A stretch of DNA of 63,679 bases, the filler included, from Choristocarpus tenellus KU-1152 (taxonomy: Eukaryota > Protista > Phaeophyceae), in NCBI GenBank assembly GCA_964200185.2. It is 13 parts of 13 records of this genome, joined end to end, with 100 filler letters (N's around TTAATTAATTAA, not from the genome) between each part and the next. Parts side by side here need not be neighbours in the genome. Positions count along the whole stretch, not along the records: positions 37,284 to 43,704 come from CAXNAD020008174.1; positions 43,805 to 46,706 come from CAXNAD020023778.1; positions 46,807 to 51,480 come from CAXNAD020013516.1; 10 more parts are not named here. One strand, given 5' to 3'. Both the position numbers and the translations under genes were made by a program. The notes under the pieces are model-generated. The model saw only the letters and a list, made by a program, of their open reading frames with translations. It had not been told where the DNA came from and searched no databases. Shown here in pieces: positions 38,772-51,480 of the stretch (position 1 is the stretch's first letter; the number at the start of each line of letters is the position of its first letter).

Positions 38772-41700
38772 CTATGCTAGTATCGGTGACGGCTTTGTGT
38801 CGTCTTGCTCCTCCTGTCCCTTGGTAAAGGGAGCAGGATGGTCATTCTCTACCCTATGTGGTAGACGCCTAGGCGCATCCTCCTCCTCATCCTCTTCTTC
38901 CATCACCTTGGCCAACTCTCTTCCCCCCTCACATCTCTCGTAGTTGTCTGTATTAATATCATTGAGACCGAGATCATCATTCTCTTCAAAGGATCGCCAA
39001 AATGAACACACCTGAGTGATCAAGGTGGGTAGGGGAGTAGGTGGTATTGATCGCAACACCCACAAAAGCACACTATGAATAAGAAGCATCGATAGATGCT
39101 GAGCACCGCATATGGGTAGGCCATTCAATCAGGATTAAGATGTGTGGGGGAGTAGATAGTGTTGATTGCAACATCCACAAGCACACCATGACCACAAAGT
39201 ATCAGCAGATAGCAAGCACAGCATATGAAAAGGGCAATCAAAAGAGGGTTGCGCTTCAATAAACATGTACTGTTAATGACTACTGCACTAATTCGTACAA
39301 ATCAGAACAGGACCGAAGTATCTAGAAGGGTGAATTTCGGACATTCTATTGTTTAGGGAGGCTTAAATAAAATGTTGTGCCTGACATCCCATTTCTCTTG
39401 AGCACATGTAGGCAGGCAACCCCCATCAAGAGTATGCGGATACAGAAGGTTTCCAGAATATCTTTTCTGAGTCCACAATTGCTCATAAAAATCAGATTCA
39501 CAAAGCAGTCACAAAGGAAGGTCCCCTATCAGAAGGGGCACCACCCTCCATGATAGTATGGTGTGTACACCAACAGAGCAGAAAAAAAAAGGAGACAGGG
39601 CAGGACTGGCAACCCCAACGGCCAGCACACAAGAACAAAAGAAAAAAATGATTAGGGTTAGGGTCAAGTGTGTGCACTTCTCGGACTAAATCAAGGGTTA
39701 GGGAAAAACAAGTGCATGGCACTTGCTCAACACAACTTTAACGTATTTGCATCAAAAAGGCAGCGACGAAGGATAGCGTGCTGTCCTGTCATTTGATACA
39801 TTTGTTACAGAAGCTAAAATAGAGCGGGCTCCGGGCATTTCACTGTGCAAAACAGGTTACACAGACAAGACAAATTCTCCAAGCGGTATCAAAGAGTGTC
39901 CTATATATTGAACCAAGCATTGTACATTGTATGTTGTGGACACCAGACATCATGAACCAAGCATTGTAGAGCAATGGCACCCACTTAGAGCTATGCTCTC
40001 TGAGGAGACATCGATGTAGGCACCACAGTAGCGACAGCACAGTCGAAAAGACAACACGCACCAACAATACACCTTTGAAATCGAAAAACAACAGGTGGGG
40101 ACACTAGTACAAGGCTGACCTCAATGTTTGGGTCATCGGCAGGGTCCTCATGCTCTAGGGATCCAATGAAGCTGTTCCCCAATGGGTCTCTCAGCACCAG
40201 AGTGAAGGGAAACGCCTTCCCCACAATCAAACGTTGAAACCTTTTCAGCAACAGTGCAAAAAAAAGAACCAGGGATTGGGCATGAACAGGAAAAGATGTG
40301 CGACATGTTAGTCTAACTGACTCTATATGGCCTCACAGTTTCATCCCAGGAAGGAAGAAAAACCCCCAGCATCAACAGTACCATATGTACAGCCACCCTA
40401 GAATAGTGGAATTGCAGAGCTCACATAATCTAGGACAACATTGACACAGCAGCAGTGTCTAGAAACACTTGCAAAGGGTCAACTAGTACCAGCACAACAG
40501 ATAAAAGCCCAAAACACCATTGTGAGTTTAGTTTCAAAATCATTGTGACTATCCCCAAGCTCAAAAAAACAAAGAACAACATCAAGGAGGGGGATGGGGA
40601 ATTAATTCCATATGCATGCAGGAACAAGACCTTGGACAATAGTCAGAAAATATTAGTCTTTGGGAGCAAAGTAAACATCAGTAAGCACAGTCTTCCGCCA
40701 CCTAACCCTAACCCTAACATTCCCCTCGGTGAATAGTGGTCTACTGATAAAGTAACAATAATGACATAAGGCATGAACTCCTAAATCGATTCTAATGATA
40801 CTACATAATAGCACCACTTCCTCTTGACTCTTGTTTCATCATGGCAGTCCATTGCACGCTCAAAAAACAGCTCCTCTTTTCACAATTACTGACCCTAAAA
40901 CCCTAACCCTGATGAACTTTAACTATCACTAACTACAACTTACAGTGAATAGCAAGGAGGAGTGTGGGAAAGAGCCAGCTTTGAAAAACAGGGGCCTTCT
41001 GGGGAGGCAGGCAACCGACCACTGAAGGGATTTCCACTTCTTTCCACCACCTTGGAAATCAGCGGCCAACAGAGTGATATGATGCTATCTATGCATTATA
41101 CCGTGAACGGTATAAGCAATCCCACAAATAACACCAACTAAACAGAATCCCCATTTGAAATGCTGGTGGAAATGGAGGTCTTGGGGTGTCCTGCAAGAGG
41201 GGAAAAAAAAAAAAAAATGAAAACAGGATCTGTGGCATCAGTTAATAATTACCTTTCCAAAAATTCTCGGAACTTTCTTTGATTTTCACTCTCCTTCCCA
41301 TGGTGGACGGTGCTTGAATCCCCAAGGTAGAATGGATTGCCTTCCACCAAGTTGCCTCGTGCCTTGAGAACAATTTTAAAGAATAATATAGGGAAAATAT
41401 TTTTTTTGAGAAACGTCCGCAGCAAAATAAATATTTAACAACAGCATTCACAAGAGTCAAAATCACCTTCAATAGCACAAAACAAGCCTGAGACGTGGAA
41501 CTGAAATTCTCCTCTACTAGTAAAAAATAATATATATACACATAATATTTTTACACTCCCTTCTGAAATCCATTCACATTCAAAGCAAATAAAAAGCAAA
41601 CCATACACAAGCAGAAGGGAGTCCAAAACTGTCACAAAAGCAAGCATGAACATTCCAGTGGCACAATAGTACACTTACCAATTCATACACATACAACACA

Positions 41701-42058
41701 AACATAAAAAAAACGAATCGTTAAAAGAGTTGAAACAAACAACCCCCCCATAGAATCAAAGATTCTTTTTCAGTCTCATCAACCTCTACCACAGAGGCTG
41801 CAGCAGCAGCAGCAGCAGCAGGCATCACCCTCTTAACATACAACACACCATACCAAAACATACACACACCTTGGTGAGCAGACCCTCAAGAGAGGTGTAC
41901 ATGCTTCCGAGCGTCCCCATCTCCATGACCAAGTCCAGTTCAGGTATATTGAGAATAGCAGTGTCTGACTTCAAAACGTCTCGATGAAAGTCTTTTGAAG
42001 AGGTAGCGGTAAGTGTGTAGGAGGTCCCCTTTTTCGGAATGGCCCCTCCGCCTTTGAC
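38772..42058 (-). CDS. ZPR1: Zinc finger protein ZPR1, C-terminal part
   Basis: Exons 41870-42058 (VKGGGAIP...RDVLKSDTA...GTLGSMYTSLEGLL), 41253-41362 (NPFYLGDSS), 40120-40240 (FTLVLRDPLGNSFI), 38772-39011 (RSFEENDDLGLNDI, stop). Confidence 0.92.
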
Positions 42059-44484
42059 CTACACCATAGTTATTCACATAAACATAACACAACACAAAAC
42101 CAACTGTATCAGTACATGCAGGGAACGGAAAGGGATTAACTGTGTTTTTTGAGTTCCACAAAACGTTCTTAAAAGCACAACAAAAAAAACAATAGAATAA
42201 ATAAATAAATAAATAAATAAAATAAAATTGAGGGTTTAGTTTCAGGGGTCACACGGTACACAATAGATCATTTGCATTTTTGCACCATACCATACCATTC
42301 ACATGTGTCCCCATAGTGTGTTGTTGTCATCATTGGTCCATACAATGGAGACATCATTAGACCACTTCCTCTAAAACGTTCTGAGACCGGGGAGCACGAG
42401 GGTGTGTAGTCTGAGACCACTGCAGCTGAGGGGAAGTACCTTGACACATGGTGGCTTCACTGTTAATGTACTACTACTGTACTAATACCACTACCAAATG
42501 TTATTATTGACAGCTCTTCTTGGGTCTACGATGAGGGCACTTCTCATGGATTGTCAATACCTTGTTATTATTGTCCAAAGGTCATCCAATCCAATCCAAT
42601 CACCAGGCCAATACCGCACTGCACAAGGTGAGTAACACCACAAATCACAATCAGTGTCCTCAAAAAGAAACTGGCAGGAAAACATAAAAAAATATGTGTA
42701 TCTATGTGTATGTTTTTCGTCTTGTTATTCAAAGCCCTCTTGAGCAAAATTCAATCATTAACTCACTTCAATAGAGGCAGTGATTTTTTTTTTCTTTCAT
42801 ACTAGCTCCGGCCTTTTTCCCGTAAGAAGGTATACCTTAAAGAGAGAGCACCCTTCCCATGAAAAATGCAATACCTATCAAGCTGAAAGCACAAAAACCT
42901 GAGAAAAAAAGCCTGGTACAATAGGTACAATTCATAATGGCGTCGTTCAAAACACCACAAGTAACCACACTTAGAAACTTCAACATTCAAAACAAGTAAA
43001 AGAGTAGAGACAGAGTTCCGGACCAATCCACCACGATGGTTCAAATCTCATTCCCCAAGACCCAATAGCATTAACCACCACGCCTCCCAGGTACAGCAAG
43101 AACCTTTATTTCCCACACCACATCTGCACTACGATATGACCAGTCTCAGCATGACCTCGTTTACAGGCTCTGATTGTACTACAAATTCCACCACTGAGCT
43201 CTGATTGTCCCCAGTCCAAGGTCATTCAACTAACAATAGCATCACCTTCACATTTACACACCTGTACTATTCACTCATCAATACACCACCAGAGAGAGCA
43301 CTATTCACTCATTTCCTTCACCTCAATGCTCTATTAGACTATTATATTAATACATCCCTATCTCAAACGAATTCACCTTCCACCCCCAAAAACGTTTTCA
43401 TCGGCAGGCTCAAGTGGGGACAGGGGCGGGGCCGGGGGCAGGGGGGAGGAAGGGTCTGTGACATGGAGGTAAAAGTTTCAAGGTGTGCAAACCCGTAACA
43501 TTTTGAAACTGTAGACAACTCCTTGCGCTTGCACTATATACAGCTATACAGTTGATCATACCGAGGATGTAACTTTTTATTTTCTTAAAACATTTAACGA
43601 AAGTAGCACCTCAAAAACAAAAAAATCAACAACCATAACACTAATTGTTCACAAAAAAGAGTCTGAAAAATGAGGACAAGATAGGCTCCAATCTATCCCC
43701 CCCCNNNNNNNNNNNNNNNNNNNNNNNNNNNNNNNNNNNNNNNNNNNNTTAATTAATTAANNNNNNNNNNNNNNNNNNNNNNNNNNNNNNNNNNNNNNNN
43801 NNNNCCCCTCCCCCCCGGATAATTTGACCCAAGAGGACCCGTCTTAGATGGTGTCTGTTTGCAGGATTTAGGCGCATCAGATCTAAAGCCAGGTCAACCT
43901 GCAATGTCCCCTTGCTCTCTCTGTGCGTGGGTAATTTCAGAACTAGAGTATTCTTCTCCCTCACATGAGGAACCGAGTCTAGGGATAGCACACATGTCAC
44001 TTCAGGGAATAGTTGATACCACATTATCAGGAATACTGTCAGAATGGCAAAATTGCCACACGGAACCTGATAGTCACAACTTAGGCGTTGGAGGTTGGCT
44101 ACCACTCAGTAAACCCCAAGATCGAAGTCTAACAGTGCCTATACCCCCTCCCTCTGGTTGGATGACCCCAGATAAGATACCTAGCATAGACCCGACAGTC
44201 GTCTCACAATATCTTCCTCCCCCGCTTAACGCCACCAACACTTTTGGCTGGCAGCCTTTAGACCCTACCCTTGAAGATAGGGTAGAAATGAAGGAAACAG
44301 CAGGAGAAGAGAAGCCACCATGCAAGAAAAGAAGCAAAAGTACACCAAGGTCAAACAACAAGAAGGGTAGTGACAGAACAGTCCGAATGAGTGAGATGGT
44401 TTAACACCATCCCACTCTCAAAAGAGCAATGACTACTCTCTCAGACGTACCAGAGCTAGTGGAGAGACAGAAGAAAGACCCCTT

Positions 44485-44739
44485 GAGCCAAAGTATCTTA
44501 GAGGGTAGAGCCGCGTCCATTTAGTGACCAAAACCAATGTTGCGATTTTTATGTAATTTTGGCTATCGTGTTTATTAGGAAGTGTCAATATCCATGTTCT
44601 GGACACACCTTTTCATAACGTATACAATTTCCCTACTCCGAAAATATTGAGTAGCAAAATGTCATAAACGAATCCATTGGAAGTCAAGCCCCAAATGGAC
44701 AACAGGGCAAAACTCGTACCCTCTAAGATACTTTCACTC
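44485..44739. mobile_element. MITE family 1, complete copy, TSD CTT (or CCTT)
   Basis: cctt|GAGCCAAAGTATCTTAGAGGGTA...TACCCTCTAAGATACTTTCACTC|ctt. Confidence 0.92.
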
Positions 44740-45206
44740 CTTCTTGGGCAGTATACAGGGTGTACTCGAGGGTCAAGAACACTGGAAGTCGTCATTCGAG
44801 TGGGGAAAAGGGAGTGTGGGTGTAGAATCATATTCTCTAGACGATCAGGAGTTACTCTGGTACACCCCTGGAGAGTATACATCTAGGCTAGCAGGTCCTC
44901 GTTCACTAGTGTCAGACATCATAGCAAGCCCTAACCCGTCGATACTTCTTTTGACCCTCACTCCACAAAGACATACAGGATTATGTTTTATCCTGAGGCT
45001 GCTGCAGGCGGAAGATGACGAGGAGTGCACAAGTGGCAATGCTACCAGTCAAATTCCTGGAACCATGGGATTTACTTGAGATTGATCTACAAGATGTAGG
45101 ACACATCTAAGCAAAAGGCAACAAGTATCTATTAATTGTGATTGATAGGGCTTCGAGATTCCCATTTGCATTCCCAATGATGTCGAAGGAAGCAACTGGA
45201 GTAGCA

Positions 45207-45463
45207 AAGTGAAAGTATTTTAGAGGGTACGAATTTTGCCCTGTTTGTCCATATGGGGTTTGGCTTCCCTTGGGGTTTTTATGATATTTTCCTGCTCCAA
45301 ATTATTTCGCAGTAGGTAAAATAAATACGTTATAAATATGTGTGTCCAGAACAAGGATATTGACACTTCCTAACAAACAAAACAGCCAAAATTACATCAA
45401 AATCGCAACGTTGGATTTTGACCCCAAATGGACGCAGCTCTACCCTCTAAGATACCTTGGCTC
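45207..45463. mobile_element. MITE family 1, complete copy, TSD AGCA
   Basis: agca|AAGTGAAAGTATTTTAGAGGGTA...TACCCTCTAAGATACCTTGGCTC|agca. Confidence 0.92.
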
Positions 45464-45586
45464 AGCAACAAACGTGTTGGAATTATGTCTTATATTTGGG
45501 GTCCCTTTGTCAATTCGTAATGATGCAGGAGAGGAGTTCACAGGAGACATAATGAACCACCTTTGTCGTTGGCTGAAGGTCCCTAT

Positions 45587-45845
45587 GAGTGAAAGTATCT
45601 TAGAGGTACGAGTTTTGCCCTGTTTGTCCATTTAGGGCTTGGCTTCCCTCGGGGCTTTTATGACATTTTCCTACTCCGATGTGTTTCGGAGTAGGTAAAA
45701 AGTATACATTATGAAAAGGTGTGTCCGGAAAACAAGGATATTGAAACTTCCAAACAAAATAGATAACCAAAATTACATCAACATCGCAACATTAGATTTT
45801 GGCCTCCATATGGACGCGGCTCTGCCCTCTAAGATACTTTGGCTC
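45587..45845. mobile_element. MITE family 1, complete copy, TSD CTAT
   Basis: ctat|GAGTGAAAGTATCTTAGAGG...CCCTCTAAGATACTTTGGCTC|ctat. Confidence 0.92.
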
Positions 45846-46847
45846 CTATCAAATACGGAACCACTGGCAACTCAAGAGAACAAGGGGGAGTAGAAAAGAT
45901 GGGAGGATTGCTTTTAGAGGTCCTGTCGGAACTATGTGTAAAGTGACCAGATAGATGGGACGAGTATGTATCTCCGGCATGTTGGGCACAACGAACTACT
46001 CCAGATCCATCTGACCCCCTTAACCCCACTCCCTTCCAAGTTTTGTTTGGGTGTGATCCTCGCACACAGCTAGAAGCCTTAATACCTAAGTCGTATGGAG
46101 ACATCGAGGTTGGAGGATTGGATTCCTTTATTGACCAACGCAGACAGAACTTCAGGAAGGTACGAGAGGTCCTGGAGAGAAGGATGTCTGCAAGACAGAA
46201 ACACAAATATAGAGCCAACGCTTTAATTACCAGGTCTTCTCCAGGACTAGGGTCCAAACCAGGTGACCTAGTTTTAGTGAAAGAAGCAGATAGCTCTATC
46301 CATGAGAACGAAACTAGGTGAGACAAGAGTGGGTAGGAAGCTAGTCCATCAAAGATGGACAGGACCGTGGACTATAAAAGAAGTTTCAAATCAGAGTAGT
46401 AGCATGACAGTTGAATTACTGGGTAGGCAAACACGCACAGGTAATGTTCATGCTTCCCATGTGAAGCCTTTCAATGTAAGACTATTCATCTGAGACATAA
46501 CGTTCAAGACGAATATGCCCAACTAGTGTGGGAATCAGACCTAGGTCTAACAGAACAATCCGTAGTAGCAACCCCTATGTACACCCTTACTGATAGGAAA
46601 GCAGTACTGTCGCCATCCAATGTATGGCACTGGGAATACAAGGGGAAGTATCAGAATGGAGATCTGGCTCAATGTATCTGTGGGGGGGGTGGCGGTTGTC
46701 CATTTGNNNNNNNNNNNNNNNNNNNNNNNNNNNNNNNNNNNNNNNNNNNNTTAATTAATTAANNNNNNNNNNNNNNNNNNNNNNNNNNNNNNNNNNNNNN
46801 NNNNNNACCCCGGTGTAGAGCCCCCCCCTTCTACAGATACTTTCCGT

Positions 46848-47090
46848 CAGGTACTGCCTTCACTTCTGCAAAAGCAACACCTAGAAGGAGGCCTTTGTCC
46901 TGGTAGGTGGCTGATCCAGCATCTGCTAGGGCCCCAGCATGGAAGACCAGATCCACGCGGAAATTCCGGTCCACACTATAAATGGGCTACCATCCTCCAT
47001 AGTGCAAGGGATGCCCATTCCTTTGCAAAGTTGACCCAGTCGCTTCACCATCGGTGTGTGTTAGCGAACCTGTCCTCCTGTCCTAGGGCA
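46848..47090 (-). pseudogene. Remnant of the restriction-like endonuclease region of a non-LTR retrotransposon
   Basis: Frameshifted GIPCTMEDGSPF / RVDLVFHAGALADAGSATYQDKGLLLGV, resembling the RLE E...RxD...LLxV pattern. Confidence 0.5.
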
Positions 47091-48512
47091 GGTATGTGCA
47101 TGTCTGGTGTCGACATTTGCCTCCTGCAATTAGTCAATAATATATATATTTTTCCCTGACACACCTGCAAAATGTCATAGGGCATAATAACAAAATATTA
47201 TGTAGTGTATACCAAGTACATATACAGTTAGCTACCCTATTTGTAGTAAAATTGTAGAGGTAGAAAATGGGAAAGTTCTCATACAGTATGCTATCATTTA
47301 CACATAGTAGTAAACTGTAGAGTATGGAGAAAAACACCAAAGCAGGGATGAGCAGTTAAAAGATAAAATCGAGGAAATGCAAAAGGTTACATCAAAATAC
47401 AAGCGTCAAACAAACTCAAGAAGAGTGGTTCCAAGTACTAAGTAGTAACAACATTTTCATAAATAAAAGATTGGTTGAAATTATGTGATACGACCAGAAA
47501 GTAGTATACGATGGCTGAAACATTGTTTCCCGCTCAACCGCGAATAAAACACAATATGAAAAGCACTTCAAAGGAACAAGAAGGGGTAACCACGTTTATT
47601 CCATAGTGTGTATGACCGTAAATAGATATTTATGTAGTCATGCTCTCTCGTTCGTTGTTGCTTCCAGCACAGCCTTTAAAACCATAATAAAACTGTGTTG
47701 GCAACAATTAGAACACGTTTTTGATGAGTAGGCGAAGAAATCTAGAGCGAACGCTAATTTTCTGAGAACTCTAAAAAATTCTAAACTTGGCAAGTGTGGC
47801 AGATTTGCGTCCCCGTTCAAATTTCTCAAGTACATGTTTTAGGCGTGTTGTAAGTTAACAGTGATAGATTCCGCACTCGCTTAGCAAACTCTTACTAGAT
47901 TATGAAGGGTTGAAGTCCTATCATAGACACAGTTATCCATTCTTCCTACCAAGCCCTGTTCACCAATCTGATTGTATCTACTACCGTATGAAAACCTTTC
48001 TGTTTCGGCATGCTAGACGTGTGCAAAACGGATTACTGATATTAAATTGTCCAACAGTCGTCATGAAGAACCCAACGGTGACCACACTCCGCTCTCATTT
48101 ATCATATGGGAGGATGTCAATATTAGCAAGTGTACACATCGTCACAGAGCTAAACCAATTGAGAGTTATATATGTTTTTATCCTTCTGCATTCCAAGCCA
48201 CCTTTCTTACCCTGTGCAACACAATATATTTCATTACTTCAACGTGGACACTATTGTACACAAAATTGATAATTCCCCTTTCCATAAATATAGTGACAGC
48301 ATAATTAAGCAAATATTCTTTCTGCGATTGTAGAAAATGGAAAATTTTATACCTTTCCAGAGATCATTATTACAGTGGAGTCCTGCCAACCTCTCAATTG
48401 TGTAAAATTCACAGTGGTGGTGTATTCTACATCCAAATGAACCCTGTATCATTTTTAGTATTTTGAATTATTTTATATTTAGTATTTACGTTAAATGAAT
48501 AAGAAGTCAGTA

Positions 48513-48583
48513 ACGACGGTGGTGTAGGGGTAACATATAACCCTTCCAAGGTTATGCCCGGGGTTCGAGTCCCCGTCGTCGTA
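48513..48583 (+). tRNA. tRNA-Gly (anticodon TCC)
   Basis: Full cloverleaf: acceptor ACGACGG/TCGTCGT, D stem GTGT/ACAT, anticodon arm TAACC-CTTCCAA-GGTTA, T arm CGGGG-TTCGAGT-CCCCG. Confidence 0.93.
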
Positions 48584-48592
48584 TGCTCTTGC

Positions 48593-48600
48593 TTTTTTTT
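48593..48600 (+). terminator. RNA polymerase III oligo-T terminator
   Basis: T8 run starting 10 nt after the tRNA 3' end. Confidence 0.7.
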
Positions 48601-48754
48601 CATCAATCCATAGTGAGCATTTCGGACAAGAGAAACGATAATAATATAATACTAAAACTTCTTAGTTTGAACAATGGAACATACTTGTATCAGACAGAAT
48701 ACATGTCCATTGTTCGCCTCAATAGGTAGGGTTTGAGGTAACTCTTCCTGTATA

Positions 48755-49456
48755 CACCTCCGAAGATGATCTCTGTCATCTGTCAGTTCAATGACGGTAG
48801 GAAGGCATATGTTTGCATGGATGATGGTGTGAGTGCACAGACTGGTTTGAAGTTCAACAGAGCCTCCGGCAGGGGTGTGTAGTTGCTCCGATCTTCATCA
48901 ACATCTGCATTGTAGTGCTAAGTTCGGCAGTTACGGAGTCCACCTCTGACCCAACTATCTCCAAGGATCTTGCTGTCATCAAGAGAGAGGCCATGAACAA
49001 CCCGGTCAGGAGAGTAGGGGAAGAGGAGCACCAGGGATAGGACAACAACTTGAGCGGCTTTTGTGGGATGTATATTATGCTGATGATGTGGGTATCGTCT
49101 CCGAGACTCAAGCAGGTTTGACCAGGATGGTAACAGTGCTTGTGAAGGTCCCCATATCATTCACTCTGACTATATCGGCAGGAGAGACAGAGACTATGCG
49201 TTTTCCCCTCCTAACCTGGATGCCAAAATCATGCAGATTCAGGTATTGGACCAGGCCTACCAGCAGACGGATGAATGCTTATTTACTTCAGGGGAACCAC
49301 CTGCGATTGATGTAACTATTACTGCCGCTGATATCAGTTGGAGGAATCAGGAAGGATGGGGCTGTTTGTGCAGATATAGGTAAGTGCTTTATGACAGTAC
49401 CTCGGGAAAGTGTATCACTTGGGTTTAAGATTTGATTGCTCAAGGCTGAAGTGAGA
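48755..49456 (+). pseudogene. LINE (RTE-like) reverse transcriptase remnant
   Basis: PPKMISVICQF, LRQGCVVAPIFINI, YYADDVGIVS and LLKAEV lie in broken frames. Confidence 0.8.
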
Positions 49457-49704
49457 AAAATTGAACGAGAGATACCCAGGTTTTTTGGCCGTTTTTCAGT
49501 CTAAGTCATATTTTTTGTCTTCCGCAATTCACCCTCATTTTATTGAAGTACAAATATTGACTTGGGAAGGTTGATTTGTCTGTTGTTTCAAATTTTTTGA
49601 CAAAGTTAAGAAAATACCCACACCAATTTCAAAAAATAGTCAAATTTTGCACATATTTGTCATCATCCCCAAAAAGCAACTCTTGATACCTTTCGTTCAA
49701 CTTT
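49457..49704. mobile_element. Third MITE-like element truncating the LINE remnant
   Basis: Imperfect TIR AAAATTGAACGAGAGATACCCAG / CTTGATACCTTTCGTTCAACTTT around an AT-rich non-coding body. Confidence 0.55.
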
Positions 49705-51447
49705 GGTTCCGTACATCAAGTTCGGATAAATTCTTCTATAATAATGGACAGTCCACCGAGTTTGTATGCTGTAGTGCACATAAAGCAATGAAATAGAGTG
49801 TATTGGACTGGGTAGGAAAGATGGATCCGATTGCAAAACGGTTCAACCCTGCCTACCTCTCCACTGGTTTGGCTCATTATTATTCTCATTATTTTGTTTC
49901 TATTACTTTTTCTATTCATTATTTGTTGCTGTTATTGCTATACGTCGTTATCCTTGAGTCGCTGTGTTGTATGTACAACTTACAATTATAACCGCAGTAT
50001 GTAGTGAAACGTTGGCATGGTGGGAGTTGGTCGTAATAATGCCCAGTACAAACACCAACAAATTACTCCCCCATTCCACCATCCCGGCTAGTAATGAGCT
50101 AGTAACCAACGAAACTAGACAATGGAATGGGCAGGAAACAGTATGCATATAGTGTTTTGTATTGTTGGTTGACTGCCAATAAAAGTGTTGTCATGGTAGT
50201 CAGTTGTGTATATGAATATAAATGGAAATATATACCGTGCTTCGGTAAGTAACAATCCTTCCTGTCTGTTGTTACAATTGAATATATTTATAGATCGTAC
50301 GACAAGAGAGGCTACATGTTATGTGATTTGGTCGCAAGTGTCGGATTTGAAATGTCAGCAAAAAAAGATTGGTTTGACCGAGACGGACCCCCCATCACAA
50401 ACCACACACCCCCCCAGATACTTTGAGTCAAATGTTACATTGTATAATAGGTATTACTGAGTATGTGGGATGCCGTGCACGCTCATATTATTTTCGAGCA
50501 AGATGAAGAAGATGCCTACTACCTGCTGAATGGAACAAACACTGTGGTGGTAGATCACATGATTTCCTTCCTTGAAATAGAAATCAGCCGCAAACAAGAA
50601 AAAAAAAAACTTTACTCTGTACCCCACTGTATGTATGCAATGAAATTAAGCCATTCTTCAGTAACCTGGTGGAACACCTGCTAGACCCACTCAAGGCTAA
50701 GTAATGGCAGGACCAAAACTCTTCAAAATTATCAGTCCCAAAGCTGGTAAGAATCTAGCTTGAACCGCGCCTAACCTCAACAGTGGTATGGATTCACTAC
50801 CACGTACAGGGACAGTATGGTCAACGAACAACATACAAATTCGTTAACACGCACACACACAACAGCAGCAACAAAAGAAGTACTGACAAAGAGCCCTCTG
50901 CACCACACCGGAGCATGTTGCCACATTTTGATAGTCAACACACTACCACGAATTAACAGATTTTCACATTGGGGGCAGGGGATGAATTGTAAGCGGTGAT
51001 GGTGAAGATTGAAGGCAAGGAAATCAGAACCTGCCTACTGCAAGACCACAAACTGTACAGCTATATACAAATGAGCAGTGTGACGGTAGTACAGAACAAG
51101 CAACGCATCCATGCGCCAAAAAGTGGACATTCAGTATCATAGGAGCCATGGATGAAGCATTTGCACACACTGTTATAGAGATCCCCCAACAAAACGGAGC
51201 AAACAACACCTTCTGTGGCACTTCAGCCCGAGAGGACATCCTCCACTTTGGGCTTTACCTACCCATCCAGTTAGTTTGCGTTGTGTGGAATCTGCATGAA
51301 GGAATAAAATAAAGTAGCCTGTGCTGCTTGCTTTCCTCAAGATATCAGCTTGTGCCTTGAGCGAGAAGTTCCCGTCATTATCAAAACCCCTTCCACACGG
51401 GTTTCACCCCCCCTGGGTGTGGTGGTATGGACCCTGACACTTGGCAT

Positions 51448-51480
51448 GAGTGAAGGTATCTTAGAGGGTACGAGTTTTGC
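51448..51480. mobile_element. MITE family 1 terminus at contig end (another at 60838-60899)
   Basis: GAGTGAAGGTATCTTAGAGGGTACGAGTTTTGC. Confidence 0.85.

Larger units (their letters stand above)
43831..46665 (+). mobile_element. Ty3/Gypsy LTR-retrotransposon pol remnant (integrase with chromodomain-like tail), interrupted by three MITEs
   Basis: After removing the MITEs: VIDRASRFPFAFP, FGVPLSIRNDAGEEF, QGGVEK, WDEYV, TPFQVLFG, GDLVLVK, WTGPW, VHASHVKPF, WEYKGKY. Internal stops are present. Confidence 0.88.

Noticed and set aside
44485-45845. MITEs acting as introner elements
   Set aside because: For the copy tested (45207-45463), the GT sites in the TIR and the AG at the other end give a frameshift or a stop. 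No copy forms a complete intron of a host gene.
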